Shown here in pieces: positions 1 to 9,958 of a stretch of DNA of 64,000 nucleotides. Positions within the stretch are counted from its first letter, which is position 1. Every line of letters begins with the position of its first letter. The DNA lies in the NCBI GenBank assembly GCA_018400715.1, contig JAGYME010000003.1:8996-72995 (forward strand). The letters run 5' to 3'. The notes beneath the pieces were generated by a model. It saw only the letters and a list, made by a program, of their open reading frames with translations, ran no database searches and was not told the origin of the DNA. The DNA comes from Candidatus Bipolaricaulota bacterium. Its GTDB lineage: Bacteria; Bipolaricaulota; Bipolaricaulia; M55B111. The position numbers and the translations under genes are program-made.

Positions 1-613
1 CAATTCCCTTTCCCTCTGGAATTGCCGTAAATATGGCTTTTCCATTTGGGTTGACCTTGTAGTAGTCTTCTTTGGGGACCTCGGGATCGACGCCAATGGC
101 GTTGGCCAGGTCTATTTTGTTGATTACGAGTATTTCTGACTTCGCGAATATTTTGGGATGTTTTCTCACCATGTCTTCGCCCTCAGTGACGGAAATGACG
201 ACGACATCTATTTCTGTTCCCAGTTCGAAGTCCGCAGGGCAGACCAGGTTGCCCACGTTTTCCACGAATAATACGTCCAGAGCGTCGAGTGGAATGTTCT
301 CGAGGGAATGGTCGACGAGGTGAGGATCAAGGTGGCAGTCCGAACGCGTGTTAAGGTTGTAGGCCGTCATGCCAGCTTCTTTAAACCTTTCGAAATCATC
401 CGTCCCCGCGACGTCTCCTGCGACAGCGCCGACCTTATATCCTTCTTTTACCCTTTCGTTTATCGCCTTAATAAGTTCAGTCTTGCCGCTCCCTATCGCC
501 CCCATGACGTTTATCGCAATTACCCCGTGCGCCTTTAGCTTTTCCCGGTTCTTCTCCGCCAGCTCGTTAAGCCTGGCCATTACGTCTCCATCCTGTAGGT
601 TTATATCGTGCAT
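1..613 (-). CDS. hypB: Hydrogenase nickel-incorporation GTPase HypB (C-terminus runs off the left edge)
   Basis: Absent from the ORF track because it has no in-window stop. Reverse translation from the ATG (rc of 611-613), with GGAGG 4 nt upstream (rc of 618-622), gives MHDINLQDGDVMARLNELAEKNREKLKAHGVIAINVMGAIGSGKTELI...FVENVGNLVCPADF...LVINKIDL. These are the P-loop, ENVGNLVCP and NKxD motifs typical of HypB. Confidence 0.85.
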   Translation of the reverse strand, partial: MHDINLQDGDVMARLNELAEKNREKLKAHGVIAINVMGAIGSGKTELIKAINERVKEGYKVGAVAGDVAGTDDFERFKEAGMTAYNLNTRSDCHLDPHLVDHSLENIPLDALDVLFVENVGNLVCPADFELGTEIDVVVISVTEGEDMVRKHPKIFAKSEILVINKIDLANAIGVDPEVPKEDYYKVNPNGKAIFTAIPEGKGI

Positions 614-679
614 GCTACCTCCTCGGTATTATAATAAATGATAGCGCCAGAGGCCTCCCTTTCAACAGCTTTTACCGCA

Positions 680-1822
680 TCAGTTGAATAGGTCCTCGTA
701 TTGTTTGTATCCCCGTTCCTCCAGTTCATTTGCGGGCATAAACTCCAACGCGGCGGAGTTTATGCAGTACCGCCGGCCAGTGGGGTCAGGTCCGTCGCTG
801 AACACGTGCCCCAGGTGAGAATCAGCGGCCTTGCTGCGGACCTCCGTTCTCACCATCCCGAGGCCGGTGTCCTTTACTTCAACGACGTTCTCCGGTTCGA
901 GGGGCCTGGTAAAGCTCGGCCAGCCTGACCCGGATTGAAACTTGTCGGTCGAGCTGAACAGGGGTTCTCCAGAGACGACGTCGACGTAGATTCCGTCCCT
1001 TTTGTTGTCCCAAAATCTGTTATTGAACGGACTCTCGGTGCCGTCTTCCTGGGTAACTTTATACTGGAGCGGCGTTAAGGTCTCTCGGAGGGTAGCATCA
1101 GATGGTTTTTCGAACTCTTTGTAGTCCTTCCCTCTTGAATCCAGGTCTTCCTCTACTCCGTTCGAGGTTCGTTCCAGGTAGTCCTCACGTCCTGACAGTT
1201 GTTTGTAGGAGTTGTACCTGAGGGGGTTCTTCTCGTAATAATCCTGATGGTACTCTTCAGCGGGGTAGAACTCGTCAAACTCCTTAACCTCTGTAACAAC
1301 TTTTTCTTGGAACTTTCCTGACTTCTCCAGGGACTCCTTTGATGAAACCGCGATCTCTTCCTGGTCGCTGTCGTGATAGAATATCGCCGTTCTATACTGA
1401 GGGCCGCGGTCACTGAATTGGCCACCGGCGTCCGTGGGGTCTATATGGTTCCAGAAGACGTCAAGCAACTCTTTATAGCTAATTACCTCTGGATCGTAAA
1501 CAATCTGTACCGCCTCGTAGTGTCCGGTATTCCCGGTTGAGACCTCTTCGTAGGTAGGGTTTTCCGTGTTTCCTCCGGTGTATCCGGCGTAGACGTCTTC
1601 GACGCCGTCCAGGGTGGCAAATGGCGGTTCCATACACCAGAAACAACCACCTGCAAACGTAGCCAGTTTATATTCACCGTCGTCTATTTCTTGCTCCGTC
1701 ATGGTAACCCCCTCCTTCTGGTTTGAGTCAGTAAGCGCTCTGTGGGGTGAGAATAAATTTATCCCAAAAAATATAACCAAAATTCCGACTATTACAACTG
1801 CGGAGATCAAACTTCTTGACAT
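680..1822 (-). CDS. msrAB: Fused peptide-methionine sulfoxide reductase MsrA/MsrB with an N-terminal membrane anchor
   Basis: ORF 680..1861. The preferred start is the ATG at 1822, with GAGGAG 8 nt upstream. MsrA motif [11 protein letters not shown], MsrB motif RYCINSAAL, and an N-terminal hydrophobic helix [21 protein letters not shown]. Confidence 0.9.
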   Translation of the reverse strand: MSRSLISAVVIVGILVIFFGINLFSPHRALTDSNQKEGVTMTEQEIDDGEYKLATFAGGCFWCMEPPFATLDGVEDVYAGYTGGNTENPTYEEVSTGNTGHYEAVQIVYDPEVISYKELLDVFWNHIDPTDAGGQFSDRGPQYRTAIFYHDSDQEEIAVSSKESLEKSGKFQEKVVTEVKEFDEFYPAEEYHQDYYEKNPLRYNSYKQLSGREDYLERTSNGVEEDLDSRGKDYKEFEKPSDATLRETLTPLQYKVTQEDGTESPFNNRFWDNKRDGIYVDVVSGEPLFSSTDKFQSGSGWPSFTRPLEPENVVEVKDTGLGMVRTEVRSKAADSHLGHVFSDGPDPTGRRYCINSAALEFMPANELEERGYKQYEDLFN

Positions 1823-1963
1823 GATGATCACTCCTCGTCCCAGTTTAGTCCTACCTGTCATTATTAATCTTATTACTAACTAGTAGTCATTTCCAGTTAA
1901 TGTCGAGTATAGACATGTTGAATGGGGGTCCCTTCTAGAAACTTAGTAAGGATTCGACGGGAC

Positions 1964-4090
1964 TTATTGGCGGGTTTCGGTGGCGAGGAGTTTTTCGTAA
2001 ACGGAGTAGTTGCCGTAAACCTTTTCTACGTAATTGCTGGTGCTGGATCGGGGAATTTGCTCGTGGAAGACGTCCACGTCCGCGGTAGAATAAGCGTTCT
2101 TCCAATCACCTAATCGCCCCGATCCCCCATGATAGGCCATTAGCCCTAACCTCACGTCACCCTCGGCGTTTACCTTTTTCGCGATGTAGTAGGTCCCGAA
2201 CCTCAAGCCGACGTCGACGTTAAAGAGATCGTCTACGGTGAAATCGCCCCGGTCTAAATCGCTGGCAATCCCCCGTGCCGTAGCGGGCATTACCTGGGTT
2301 ATTCCCCGGGCACCGGAGACCGAGTACGCGTCGGGGTTAAAGACGCTCTCCTGCCGGATAAGGCCAAAGACGACGGCCGGCGGGATCCCAAATTCAGCCG
2401 CGTATTTCTCAACTTTTTCCCTGTAGTATAGAGGATAACTGGCCGTTACTACCTCAAGAGGAGGCCTATCAATCTCGTTGTAATAACGGTTGAGCAGCGT
2501 CGTGGCGGCCCTAATTGATCTTCTATGGTTACCTCCCAGTCGTTCCCAGGAGAACTTAAGGATTAAATAGTCCTTTTCTGCGATTCCTTCTTTGATCCGC
2601 TCCAGCCGTACCAACGCGGGTCCGTACAGGCCGTGGTTCTTTAACCTTATTGCGGTAGTTAACGCCCCGCCCGTATCTCCCCCGTAGTCGGACTCGATTA
2701 AAGAGTTCTCATATTCTATGAGATCAAGTTTTCCTCTGGACCAGACCTCGTTGAAGGAAAAGGCAGATCCCGTCCATCCGTTGTCTATCGCCAGGGCTGA
2801 ATAGTAGTCGAACGGGTTTGCTTTGACCACCTTAAGCAGCCTCAGCCTGTCGGGTGACCCGACGTCCGATTCGAGGTGAAGTTTATAGCGAAAGTATTCA
2901 ATGATAGGTGCTCCCTCTTCGTAGTAGGCCTCCAGGGAACCGAGATAGCTCTCACAGGCTCTGTAGAGCCCTTCAGAATAGGCCTTGAAGAAGAGGCTCC
3001 AGTAGAGTTTCCTTACGCTCGATTCCGTCATCAGGGGACGATACCTGTCGAGAGTTTCTTCCATTTCCGCTAATGAGGCGTCAGAGATCAGTCTGTCTAC
3101 CCCAGTCGATATCGATAGCTTACCGAAATACGTGTTGGGGTACCTCCTGGATATCTCTATCAGCCCATCAGTTAACCCGTAGTTGGCGTCCAGTCTATCT
3201 CTAGTCAGAGCTTTATAATAAGCTAGCTTTGCGGAAAAGGCCGGCGACCTCTCCTCCCGGAGTAACCTGTTGAAAGTTACAAGCGCTTCCGTGGGCCGGT
3301 CCAACCGAAAACCGCTTAACCATCCAATGTCAAAGTATACGTCCGGCCTGTAAGCTTCCGGCCACCTGTCAAGGTTACGGATTAACACGCTCTTAGCCTC
3401 GACGTAACGGCCAAATAGAGATAAGATTTCGCTGAACTCGTAGAGGGAGGCGGGGTCCACCTCGTCCGTCGGCTGTAACTTTTCGTGGAAACCAGAGAGT
3501 TTCCCCAGAAGTCGGTCCCTTCTTGTCCCGATGTACCTTAACTCCAGGTTAAGTGCCAGATCTACACCCTTTTCCAGGGCTCTCGGGTAATTTTTCGAGT
3601 TACTGGCCAGCTCCATCTGTACCTCTAGTATTCGACTCTTCTCCCTGGCGGTAACTGCTCCCCCAAGCGCGGGTTCAGCTGCCTCTCTGGCGTCCCCGGG
3701 CCGCTCCACTTCGAGATAGATTTTTGCGAGCAACAGGTATTTTTCTGATCGCAACACCTCGGAGCCCCCGCCTGCGTCGATATCTTCCAGAATAGTTATT
3801 GCGTCGTCCAGTGCACCAAGCCGGAAGAAAGCCTTCGCAGTCAGCAGTCTTGCATAATCCTTTAGCGGGCCGTCGCCCGGATATTCCTGAAACCGAGCGA
3901 TGGCCTCCTCAAATTCTCCCCCGTTAAAGAGCCTTACGCCGTCGACGAACTGGGGGTTAACCTCGGTAATTGGAGTAGACTGTATCTCGGTGTCAGTGTT
4001 TACCTGGTTGAATACGAAGAATAGCGACAGGCAGGCAACGGAAAGCACGGCAATTTTTATGTATATGTTTTTCATAGAATATCTTGTCAT
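1964..4090 (-). CDS. Soluble lytic murein transglycosylase (Slt-like; long helical/TPR-like N-domain plus C-terminal SLT domain)
   Basis: 708 aa with a signal/anchor IKIAVLSVACLSLFFVF. The C-terminal SLT motifs are QESVFNPDAYSVSGARGITQVMPATA and AYHGG. Confidence 0.8.
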   Translation of the reverse strand: MTRYSMKNIYIKIAVLSVACLSLFFVFNQVNTDTEIQSTPITEVNPQFVDGVRLFNGGEFEEAIARFQEYPGDGPLKDYARLLTAKAFFRLGALDDAITILEDIDAGGGSEVLRSEKYLLLAKIYLEVERPGDAREAAEPALGGAVTAREKSRILEVQMELASNSKNYPRALEKGVDLALNLELRYIGTRRDRLLGKLSGFHEKLQPTDEVDPASLYEFSEILSLFGRYVEAKSVLIRNLDRWPEAYRPDVYFDIGWLSGFRLDRPTEALVTFNRLLREERSPAFSAKLAYYKALTRDRLDANYGLTDGLIEISRRYPNTYFGKLSISTGVDRLISDASLAEMEETLDRYRPLMTESSVRKLYWSLFFKAYSEGLYRACESYLGSLEAYYEEGAPIIEYFRYKLHLESDVGSPDRLRLLKVVKANPFDYYSALAIDNGWTGSAFSFNEVWSRGKLDLIEYENSLIESDYGGDTGGALTTAIRLKNHGLYGPALVRLERIKEGIAEKDYLILKFSWERLGGNHRRSIRAATTLLNRYYNEIDRPPLEVVTASYPLYYREKVEKYAAEFGIPPAVVFGLIRQESVFNPDAYSVSGARGITQVMPATARGIASDLDRGDFTVDDLFNVDVGLRFGTYYIAKKVNAEGDVRLGLMAYHGGSGRLGDWKNAYSTADVDVFHEQIPRSSTSNYVEKVYGNYSVYEKLLATETRQ

Positions 4091-4261
4091 TGTCCCCTAA
4101 CTGGCTAAGGATTCAATAATTTCAATTGATGTTAACTAGGGCATGAAATTTAGTCAACCTCATCGGTCCGGCCGTAAAGTAATATCCGTCATCCTCGGCT
4201 GTCTGTCCGGTCGGGCCAGAACGCCAGCGAAGGAACGAGCCAGTCCGCTTTCCCCTGTGAT

Positions 4262-5425
4262 TTACAACCTGAATAGGATGTTCTCTCTCTTGAATAGGCC
4301 TATAGAAACGAAGATAAGAGCGATAGCGATCGGCGTATTGGTTAAAAAATTGGCCCCTATATGTAGAGGACTCACGACGCCGCCGATCAACTCCTTGAAG
4401 ACCTCAAGTGAGTTGAGTAGAGGCACGAAGTAGGCGTACGATTGGAAGTTGATGCCTCCGCTCATGGAGAGGATTCCGGTCAGAACTACGACCATGAGAA
4501 CGGGAGTCTGGTAGATGTTGGCCTCCTTCTGGGTTCTAGAAAACGACCCGATGCTTATGACGAGGGCGGAGAGAATGGCGATAAGTGGTAGGACGGTGGC
4601 AAGGATGCTTCCGAAGATGGTTGGGGTAAGCTCCCCCAGCGGAAGGTTTAGTCCAAATATTTTTAACCCGTAGATCAGGCCAATTACGCTGGAAACCGCG
4701 GCGACGGTGCCCACTGAAAATACGGTCAAAAATTTGCCAAGGACTATGTCCCTGCGGGAAAGCGTGGACACTAGCAGAGTTGAGATAGTCTTCTTCTCCT
4801 TCTCACCCGCCGTTATCTCAGCCCCCAGACCCATCGCGGCGGTGATGATGGACAGGATCACGAAGTAGGGAAGCATCATCTTTAGCATCTCTTGCCCGAG
4901 GGAGTTTTCCTCAGAATCGGTTGACTCAACGGAAATGCTCATCGGTTGTGTAATATCTTCGTAGTCAACTCCCATCGACGATAGTCGTTGCTTGAGAGTC
5001 TCCGTCAGGTAGGATTCCAGTATCTGTTGGGTCCGGCTTAAGGCGATTTCTGACTCCTGGTTGTACTGCCTGTACCTGATATCTACGTCTACTCCCGAGG
5101 GGCTCTTTTGACTTGCTATCACCAGGATGTCGCCGGATCGCGCAAATCCTTCCTCGGCCTCCTCCACAGTTGAATAATACGACATCCTGACCTTCTCTCC
5201 CCCTTCAAAACGCCGCGCCAGTTCCGGCGTTTCCTCCCTGTTTACGTAGGCTATCCTGGAGACGGTGTTTCCAGTCCCGGTTACGTTCTGTGTAGTGAAG
5301 TGAAAGATCACGCCCAGCATGGTAGGGTAGAAGATTAGGGGGAAGATCAATACGAGAATAGCCGTCCTTCTGTCTCTTACTGCCGTGAGAATTTCCTTTT
5401 TGAATAGAAGCCAGATATTTTTCAT
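4262..5425 (-). CDS. ABC-2 type exporter permease (NatB-like)
   Basis: 387 aa. One N-terminal TM, a large extracytoplasmic loop and then about 5 TM segments. Its start overlaps the upstream ATPase gene by 4 nt. Confidence 0.75.
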   Translation of the reverse strand: MKNIWLLFKKEILTAVRDRRTAILVLIFPLIFYPTMLGVIFHFTTQNVTGTGNTVSRIAYVNREETPELARRFEGGEKVRMSYYSTVEEAEEGFARSGDILVIASQKSPSGVDVDIRYRQYNQESEIALSRTQQILESYLTETLKQRLSSMGVDYEDITQPMSISVESTDSEENSLGQEMLKMMLPYFVILSIITAAMGLGAEITAGEKEKKTISTLLVSTLSRRDIVLGKFLTVFSVGTVAAVSSVIGLIYGLKIFGLNLPLGELTPTIFGSILATVLPLIAILSALVISIGSFSRTQKEANIYQTPVLMVVVLTGILSMSGGINFQSYAYFVPLLNSLEVFKELIGGVVSPLHIGANFLTNTPIAIALIFVSIGLFKRENILFRL

Positions 5426-6177
5426 GATTCTCCATTTACTACTTCAAAGAACAATGACTCCAGGTTCGAGCCCTCCGATCTCTCCAAGAGAGCGTCGAGG
5501 TTTCCGTACGCTTTGATCTCTCCTTCAAATAGTATCGCAATCTTGTCGCAGAGCTTTTCCGCCACGCTCATTATATGCGTGGAGAGGATTATCGTCTTTC
5601 CGCCCTGCTTAAACTCCTTTATGTAGTCTGTCACAGTCTTTGAGGTCATCAGGTCGAGGCCCTGAGTTGGCTCGTCGAAAATCAATATCGGAGGGTCGTG
5701 AATTAAGCTCCTCGCGAGGGATAGTTTCTGCTTCATCCCGGTGGACAGCTTGTCCGTCCTCCTATCCCCGAAATCACCCATATCGAGGATGTTAAAAACT
5801 TCCTCGATTCTCGAATCGATTAGGCCCTGGTCCAGTCCGTTAATCCTGGCGAAGAAGGTAAGCGTCTCCACGGGAGTAAGCCTCTCATATAGACCCATTT
5901 CCGTGGCCAGATACCCTATCGACTGTCTAACCTGCAGGGGGTTCTTCCGGACGTCGTTACCGTTTACGACTGCCGTGCCCGAGCTGGGTGAGAGAATCGT
6001 GGAAATCATCCGTAAAGTCGTTGTCTTACCTGCGCCGTTCGGTCCGAGGATTCCCAGTACCTCCCCGGACTTCGCCTCCAGGTTTAACTTCTTCACGGCG
6101 GTAATTGATTCCTCTTTACCTACCTTAAATCTCTTGGTCAGGTCAACCATTCTGACCTGTATCGAACCTGATGTCAC
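5422..6177 (-). CDS. ABC transporter ATP-binding protein (NatA-like)
   Basis: Walker A GPNGAGKTT, signature LSTGMKQKLSLA, Walker B ILIFDEPTQGLD. The true start may be the internal ATG at 6150 (MVDLTKRF). Confidence 0.9.
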   Translation of the reverse strand: MTSGSIQVRMVDLTKRFKVGKEESITAVKKLNLEAKSGEVLGILGPNGAGKTTTLRMISTILSPSSGTAVVNGNDVRKNPLQVRQSIGYLATEMGLYERLTPVETLTFFARINGLDQGLIDSRIEEVFNILDMGDFGDRRTDKLSTGMKQKLSLARSLIHDPPILIFDEPTQGLDLMTSKTVTDYIKEFKQGGKTIILSTHIMSVAEKLCDKIAILFEGEIKAYGNLDALLERSEGSNLESLFFEVVNGES

Positions 6178-7448
6178 TTTATCTCTTTCCTGTTTAGTTT
6201 TTCTGCTAGCCGATCGGGCAGGATGACATGGCCGTCCTCCGTCTGGTTGTTTTCTAAGATCCCGACGAGCAGTCGTGAGGTGGCCAGCCCCGACCCGTTA
6301 AGAGTATGCATAAATTCAGGCTTGGCACCTTTCTCGGGACGATATCTCATGTTCCCTCTCCGGGACTGAAAGTCCTCGCAGTTGCTAATAGAGGAGACCT
6401 CATAGTATTTGCCCTGTGTGGGGATCCAGACCTCCAGGTCTACCGTCTTGCTTGACTGTTGAGCCAGGTCGCAGGTGGGCAGGGTAACTTTTCTATAGTG
6501 GAGGCCGAGTTCTTTGAGGACCGATTCGGCGTCGACTATCAACTCTTCGAAGTGAGTGTAAGAGCCCTCCCCCCGGACGAATCTGAACAACTCGACCTTG
6601 TTGAATTGATGTGTCCGAATTAGTCCCCGTTCTTCTTCACCATAACTACCTGCTTCACGACGAAAACACGTAGTAAAGGCGACGAACTGCTTTGGGAGCT
6701 CGTCGCCCGGAAGGATCTCGTCACGGTAATAGTTCGCGAGAATGCTTTCCGAGGTAGGGTTGAGATAAAGGTCGTCTTCCTGGACGTAGTAAAGGTCGTC
6801 CTCAAATTTCGGCAACTGTCCCGAGGTATAGTAAGACTCTCCTTTGGCAAGGTAAGGAGGAAAGACGGGAGTATATCCGTTTTCGTTGACCTGGTAAAAG
6901 TACATAAAGTTGATCAGAGCCATCTCTATTGCAGCCCCGTCTCCGTAATAGAATGGAAACCTGGCCCCGGCAATCTTGGAGGCCCTGTCGAACTTGAACA
7001 GTTCCAGTTGCTCGCCCAGCTCCAGGTGATTTTTTGGTTCGAAGTCGAAGTCGGGCTTCTCTCCGTACTCGTCGACGACTACCTTATCTTCCTCGTTGTC
7101 GCTTACCGGTACGGATTTGTGGGGGAGGTTCGGGAGAACGTCGATCTCCTCCTGTAACTCCCTCTCTACCTGATTGAGTTCCCTTTCGAGTTCCTCAATC
7201 CTGCCTGACAGTTCACTCATCTCGTCTATTATCTCTTGAGCGCGTTCGTGTTCTCCCCCCTGTTTCAGCACCCCGATTTGCTGAGATGCCTCGTTCTTCT
7301 CGTGCTTTAGGTCTTCTACAGCACGAATTAACTCCCTCCGTCGCTCGTCTAGATCGAGAATCCTGTCCAGCGAGATCTCTTCTTCCCTGTATTGCAGTTT
7401 TTTCTCAACTTCCTCTGGGTGCTCTCTTATCCTGGCGATGTCTAACAT
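6174..7448 (-). CDS. serS: Seryl-tRNA synthetase
   Basis: 424 aa. N-terminal coiled-coil arm, then a class II core with FRREAG, TLNGSGLA and the typical SerS length. Confidence 0.95.
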   Translation of the reverse strand: MLDIARIREHPEEVEKKLQYREEEISLDRILDLDERRRELIRAVEDLKHEKNEASQQIGVLKQGGEHERAQEIIDEMSELSGRIEELERELNQVERELQEEIDVLPNLPHKSVPVSDNEEDKVVVDEYGEKPDFDFEPKNHLELGEQLELFKFDRASKIAGARFPFYYGDGAAIEMALINFMYFYQVNENGYTPVFPPYLAKGESYYTSGQLPKFEDDLYYVQEDDLYLNPTSESILANYYRDEILPGDELPKQFVAFTTCFRREAGSYGEEERGLIRTHQFNKVELFRFVRGEGSYTHFEELIVDAESVLKELGLHYRKVTLPTCDLAQQSSKTVDLEVWIPTQGKYYEVSSISNCEDFQSRRGNMRYRPEKGAKPEFMHTLNGSGLATSRLLVGILENNQTEDGHVILPDRLAEKLNRKEIK

Positions 7449-7469
7449 CTATCTGATCACCACTTCCCG

Positions 7470-7997
7470 CTAACGGGAAGAGAGGGCTTCGATGATCCCT
7501 CTCGCGAATTCAGGTAGATCTCCTGGATGACGGGAGCTGATCAGGTTATCGTCTCTGACCAGGGGTTCGTCCAGGTATTCCGCTCCGGCGTTGATTAAAT
7601 CGTCCTTTATGGCCTGGTATCCAGTTACGCGTCTACCGGATAGGATTCCTGCAGATATGGGGACCCATCCAGCGTGACAAATAATGGCGACTATTCCTCC
7701 GGTCTCGTTGACTTTCCTGACGAATTCCGCTACCTCGCTTGAACGTCGCAGTTTGTCGGGAGAACCCGTGCCTCCCGGGATTACGACGCCGTCAACCGAG
7801 CTTAAATCTATCTCGTCAGGAGCCTGAGTTGCCTCAATCGGATAACCGTGTTTGCTATGTCTTGTGCCAGTACTTCTAGAGGCGACAACTGTCTCCGCAC
7901 CCTCTTCTTCCAGTCTTATCTTTGGGTACCAGCATTCCAGGTCCTCGTAACCGTCTTCGACCAAAAAAACTACTCTCTTGTCACTTAGCGATTTCAT
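7470..7997 (-). CDS. pfpI: DJ-1/PfpI family intracellular protease/deglycase
   Basis: 175 aa. Nucleophile-elbow motif AIICHAGW, and IPGGTGSPDKLR typical of PfpI. Confidence 0.85.
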   Translation of the reverse strand: MKSLSDKRVVFLVEDGYEDLECWYPKIRLEEEGAETVVASRSTGTRHSKHGYPIEATQAPDEIDLSSVDGVVIPGGTGSPDKLRRSSEVAEFVRKVNETGGIVAIICHAGWVPISAGILSGRRVTGYQAIKDDLINAGAEYLDEPLVRDDNLISSRHPGDLPEFARGIIEALSSR

Positions 7998-8075
7998 GAA
8001 AACCCCCTGTTTCCTCGTACGTGGTTGATCAATAGACTATAACTTTAGCGGGCGGAGAATTCAAAGCGTTGACGT

Positions 8076-9089
8076 TCACCCGGACGTCCAGTTGAGTCCG
8101 GCCACGTTTACGGGGTCACCGCAGTTCGGACACCTGCCGTCGTCCAGGTTAACCGCCACGGTCCGCGACATCCTCCGGGTTATGATCTCGTGTCCGCAGT
8201 TTGGGCATCGAGTAGAATTCTCTCCTGGCACGTTACCCAGATAGACGTAGTTCATTCCCTTCGACTCCGCTAGTTCTTTGGCCTCCATCAACGTTTCTAC
8301 CGGCGTTGGAGGTATATCTTTCACCCTGTAGGCAGGATAGAATCGGAGGAAGTGCAAAGGTGTGTCCACTCCGGGTCCTTCGGATATCCAATCTATCAGG
8401 TCCTCCGTGCTCTCCATTGAATCACCTACGCGGGGCACTATAAGGTCGGTAATCTCGACGTGCACCCCAGCTTCAAAATACTCCTTGATCGAGGTATATA
8501 TTGGTTCCACCGTAGGTACTCCGGCAAACTCTTTCAGGAAGTCCTCGTTTCCCGACCCCTTGAAATCTACCGTTACGCCGTCCAGGTAGGGGGCGATTTC
8601 TCGTACCGGCTCGGGGTTGATGAACCCGTTGGTGACGAACGTATTATACAGGCCGTTTTCGTGAGCTATTTTTGCCGTGTCGTATGCGAGTTCGTAGAAG
8701 ATAGTCGGTTCTGTGTAGGTATAGCTAATTCCACTTGCACCTGAGCTCTTTGCCCCTTCGACTATCTTCTCCGGGGAAATGGACCTTCCCCCCAGGTCTC
8801 CCTGGCTCAACTGCCAGTTCTGGCAATACTTGCACTTCCAGTTGCACCCCGGCGTGCAGATCGAGTAGGTCCTAGTCCCGGGCGCGAAGTTGAACAGCGG
8901 CTTTTTCTCTATCGGATCCAGGTTCGTCGAGGATACGTTGTCGTAACTAAGCGAGTAGAGTATCCCGTCTCTGTTTTCCCTGACCCCGCATACCCCTCTA
9001 TCTCCTTCGTCTATGACACAGTTCCAGGGGCATAGGTTGCATTTTACCTTCCCCTCATCGAGTTTCTCGTAGAACATGGCTTCCTTCAT
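8076..9089 (-). CDS. amrS: AmmeMemoRadiSam-system-type radical SAM enzyme (PflA-like) with a C-terminal zinc ribbon
   Basis: N-terminal CNLCPWNC...GVCGVREN, DPIEKKPLFNF, the radical SAM cluster CNWKCKYCQNW, and a C-terminal CPNCG...CPNCG. Confidence 0.8.
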   Translation of the reverse strand: MKEAMFYEKLDEGKVKCNLCPWNCVIDEGDRGVCGVRENRDGILYSLSYDNVSSTNLDPIEKKPLFNFAPGTRTYSICTPGCNWKCKYCQNWQLSQGDLGGRSISPEKIVEGAKSSGASGISYTYTEPTIFYELAYDTAKIAHENGLYNTFVTNGFINPEPVREIAPYLDGVTVDFKGSGNEDFLKEFAGVPTVEPIYTSIKEYFEAGVHVEITDLIVPRVGDSMESTEDLIDWISEGPGVDTPLHFLRFYPAYRVKDIPPTPVETLMEAKELAESKGMNYVYLGNVPGENSTRCPNCGHEIITRRMSRTVAVNLDDGRCPNCGDPVNVAGLNWTSG

Positions 9090-9112
9090 GCAAACCTCCC
9101 TTCAGGGAGCTG

Positions 9113-9610
9113 TTACTGGTCTACTCCGTGCGAAAATCGACCGTCTGCCGTCGAATTCTCGAGTTTATGAATCCTCGCCTCAAGCCATCCCTCCTTGGTT
9201 TCGCCGGGATAGTCAAAGCGCTTTACATAAGGCTTTATGTCCCGTAGAGGTGAGCCGTCGATCACGTCCACGTCTTCTACCTGCAAAACCCCGTTCTCGA
9301 TACCTATGAGCTTAACTACTGAAAGACCAATTTTGTTAGGACGCGCAGGACTACGCGTGGCGAAGAGTCCGTGGGTATCTTCGTCCATGTACGGCCTAAC
9401 CAGTGGTTTGCTCTCGCCGGCCAGATGAAAATGATATAATAAGATAACGTGGGAAAACCCTTCCAGGTCCCGTAAAAACTCCCTGTACTCCGGAAGGAGT
9501 TCGACGGTGCCCCTGAGGCCGCGGGCACCGGCTGGTTGAATTGGCGTTCCAGCCGGGCTTCTGTGCGGAGACCTAATGACTCCAATTATCCTGTAGACAA
9601 CCTCTTGCAT
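9113..9610 (-). CDS. trmO: tRNA (t6A37-N6)-methyltransferase TrmO (TsaA/YaeB family)
   Basis: 165 aa. IGVIRSP...GFSHVILLYHFH...RSPARPNKIGLSVVKL...DGSPLRDIKPY, typical of the YaeB/TsaA family. Confidence 0.85.
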   Translation of the reverse strand: MQEVVYRIIGVIRSPHRSPAGTPIQPAGARGLRGTVELLPEYREFLRDLEGFSHVILLYHFHLAGESKPLVRPYMDEDTHGLFATRSPARPNKIGLSVVKLIGIENGVLQVEDVDVIDGSPLRDIKPYVKRFDYPGETKEGWLEARIHKLENSTADGRFSHGVDQ

Positions 9611-9958
9611 AAAGGTTCCCTGCCTCCCGGGTAATCGTGGTGTATAATAAACATCACTTAATTTGCCCGGGATTGCAACGTCCTATGTGCGGTCTCTCCC
9701 GGTAAAATTTACGCCATGAATGTTCCCTTCTCAACCTGATCAATCTTTAGACCAGGACGCGGTCCTGTGGACCACTTTTGCCCCATACATTGGGAGAAGT
9801 CAACCGGCTGTAGATTGAAAAATTCCTCCTTTTCGTCATAATAAACTTGAGGAGGATGAGACATATCGCTAAAGAAGAAGAGTTATCCGCCGTAAAGAAA
9901 ACGTTTGGTGTCCTTGCAGAGAAGGTCCCGCTTTTTTTTGGAGAACGGGAGGTAAGCG

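Noticed and set aside
72-641. Three plus-strand ORFs in the track (72..323, 308..538, 369..641).
   Set aside because: They are shadow frames of the minus-strand hypB gene, whose translation shows clear GTPase motifs. The plus-strand products are low-complexity Ser/Thr/Pro-rich with no RBS.
7449-7469. T-box leader expected upstream of serS.
   Set aside because: Only 21 nt separate serS from the upstream pfpI gene, which leaves no room for a T-box. serS appears to be transcribed with its neighbours.
9611-9958. The large intergenic regions 9611-9958, 41728-42059 and 46401-46689, as possible homes of 6S, SRP, tmRNA or other ncRNAs.
   Set aside because: I saw only short hairpins, such as CAGGAC-gcg-GTCCTG at about 9761-9775, and none of the conserved motifs of these RNA families. 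This cannot be excluded without covariance-model searches.
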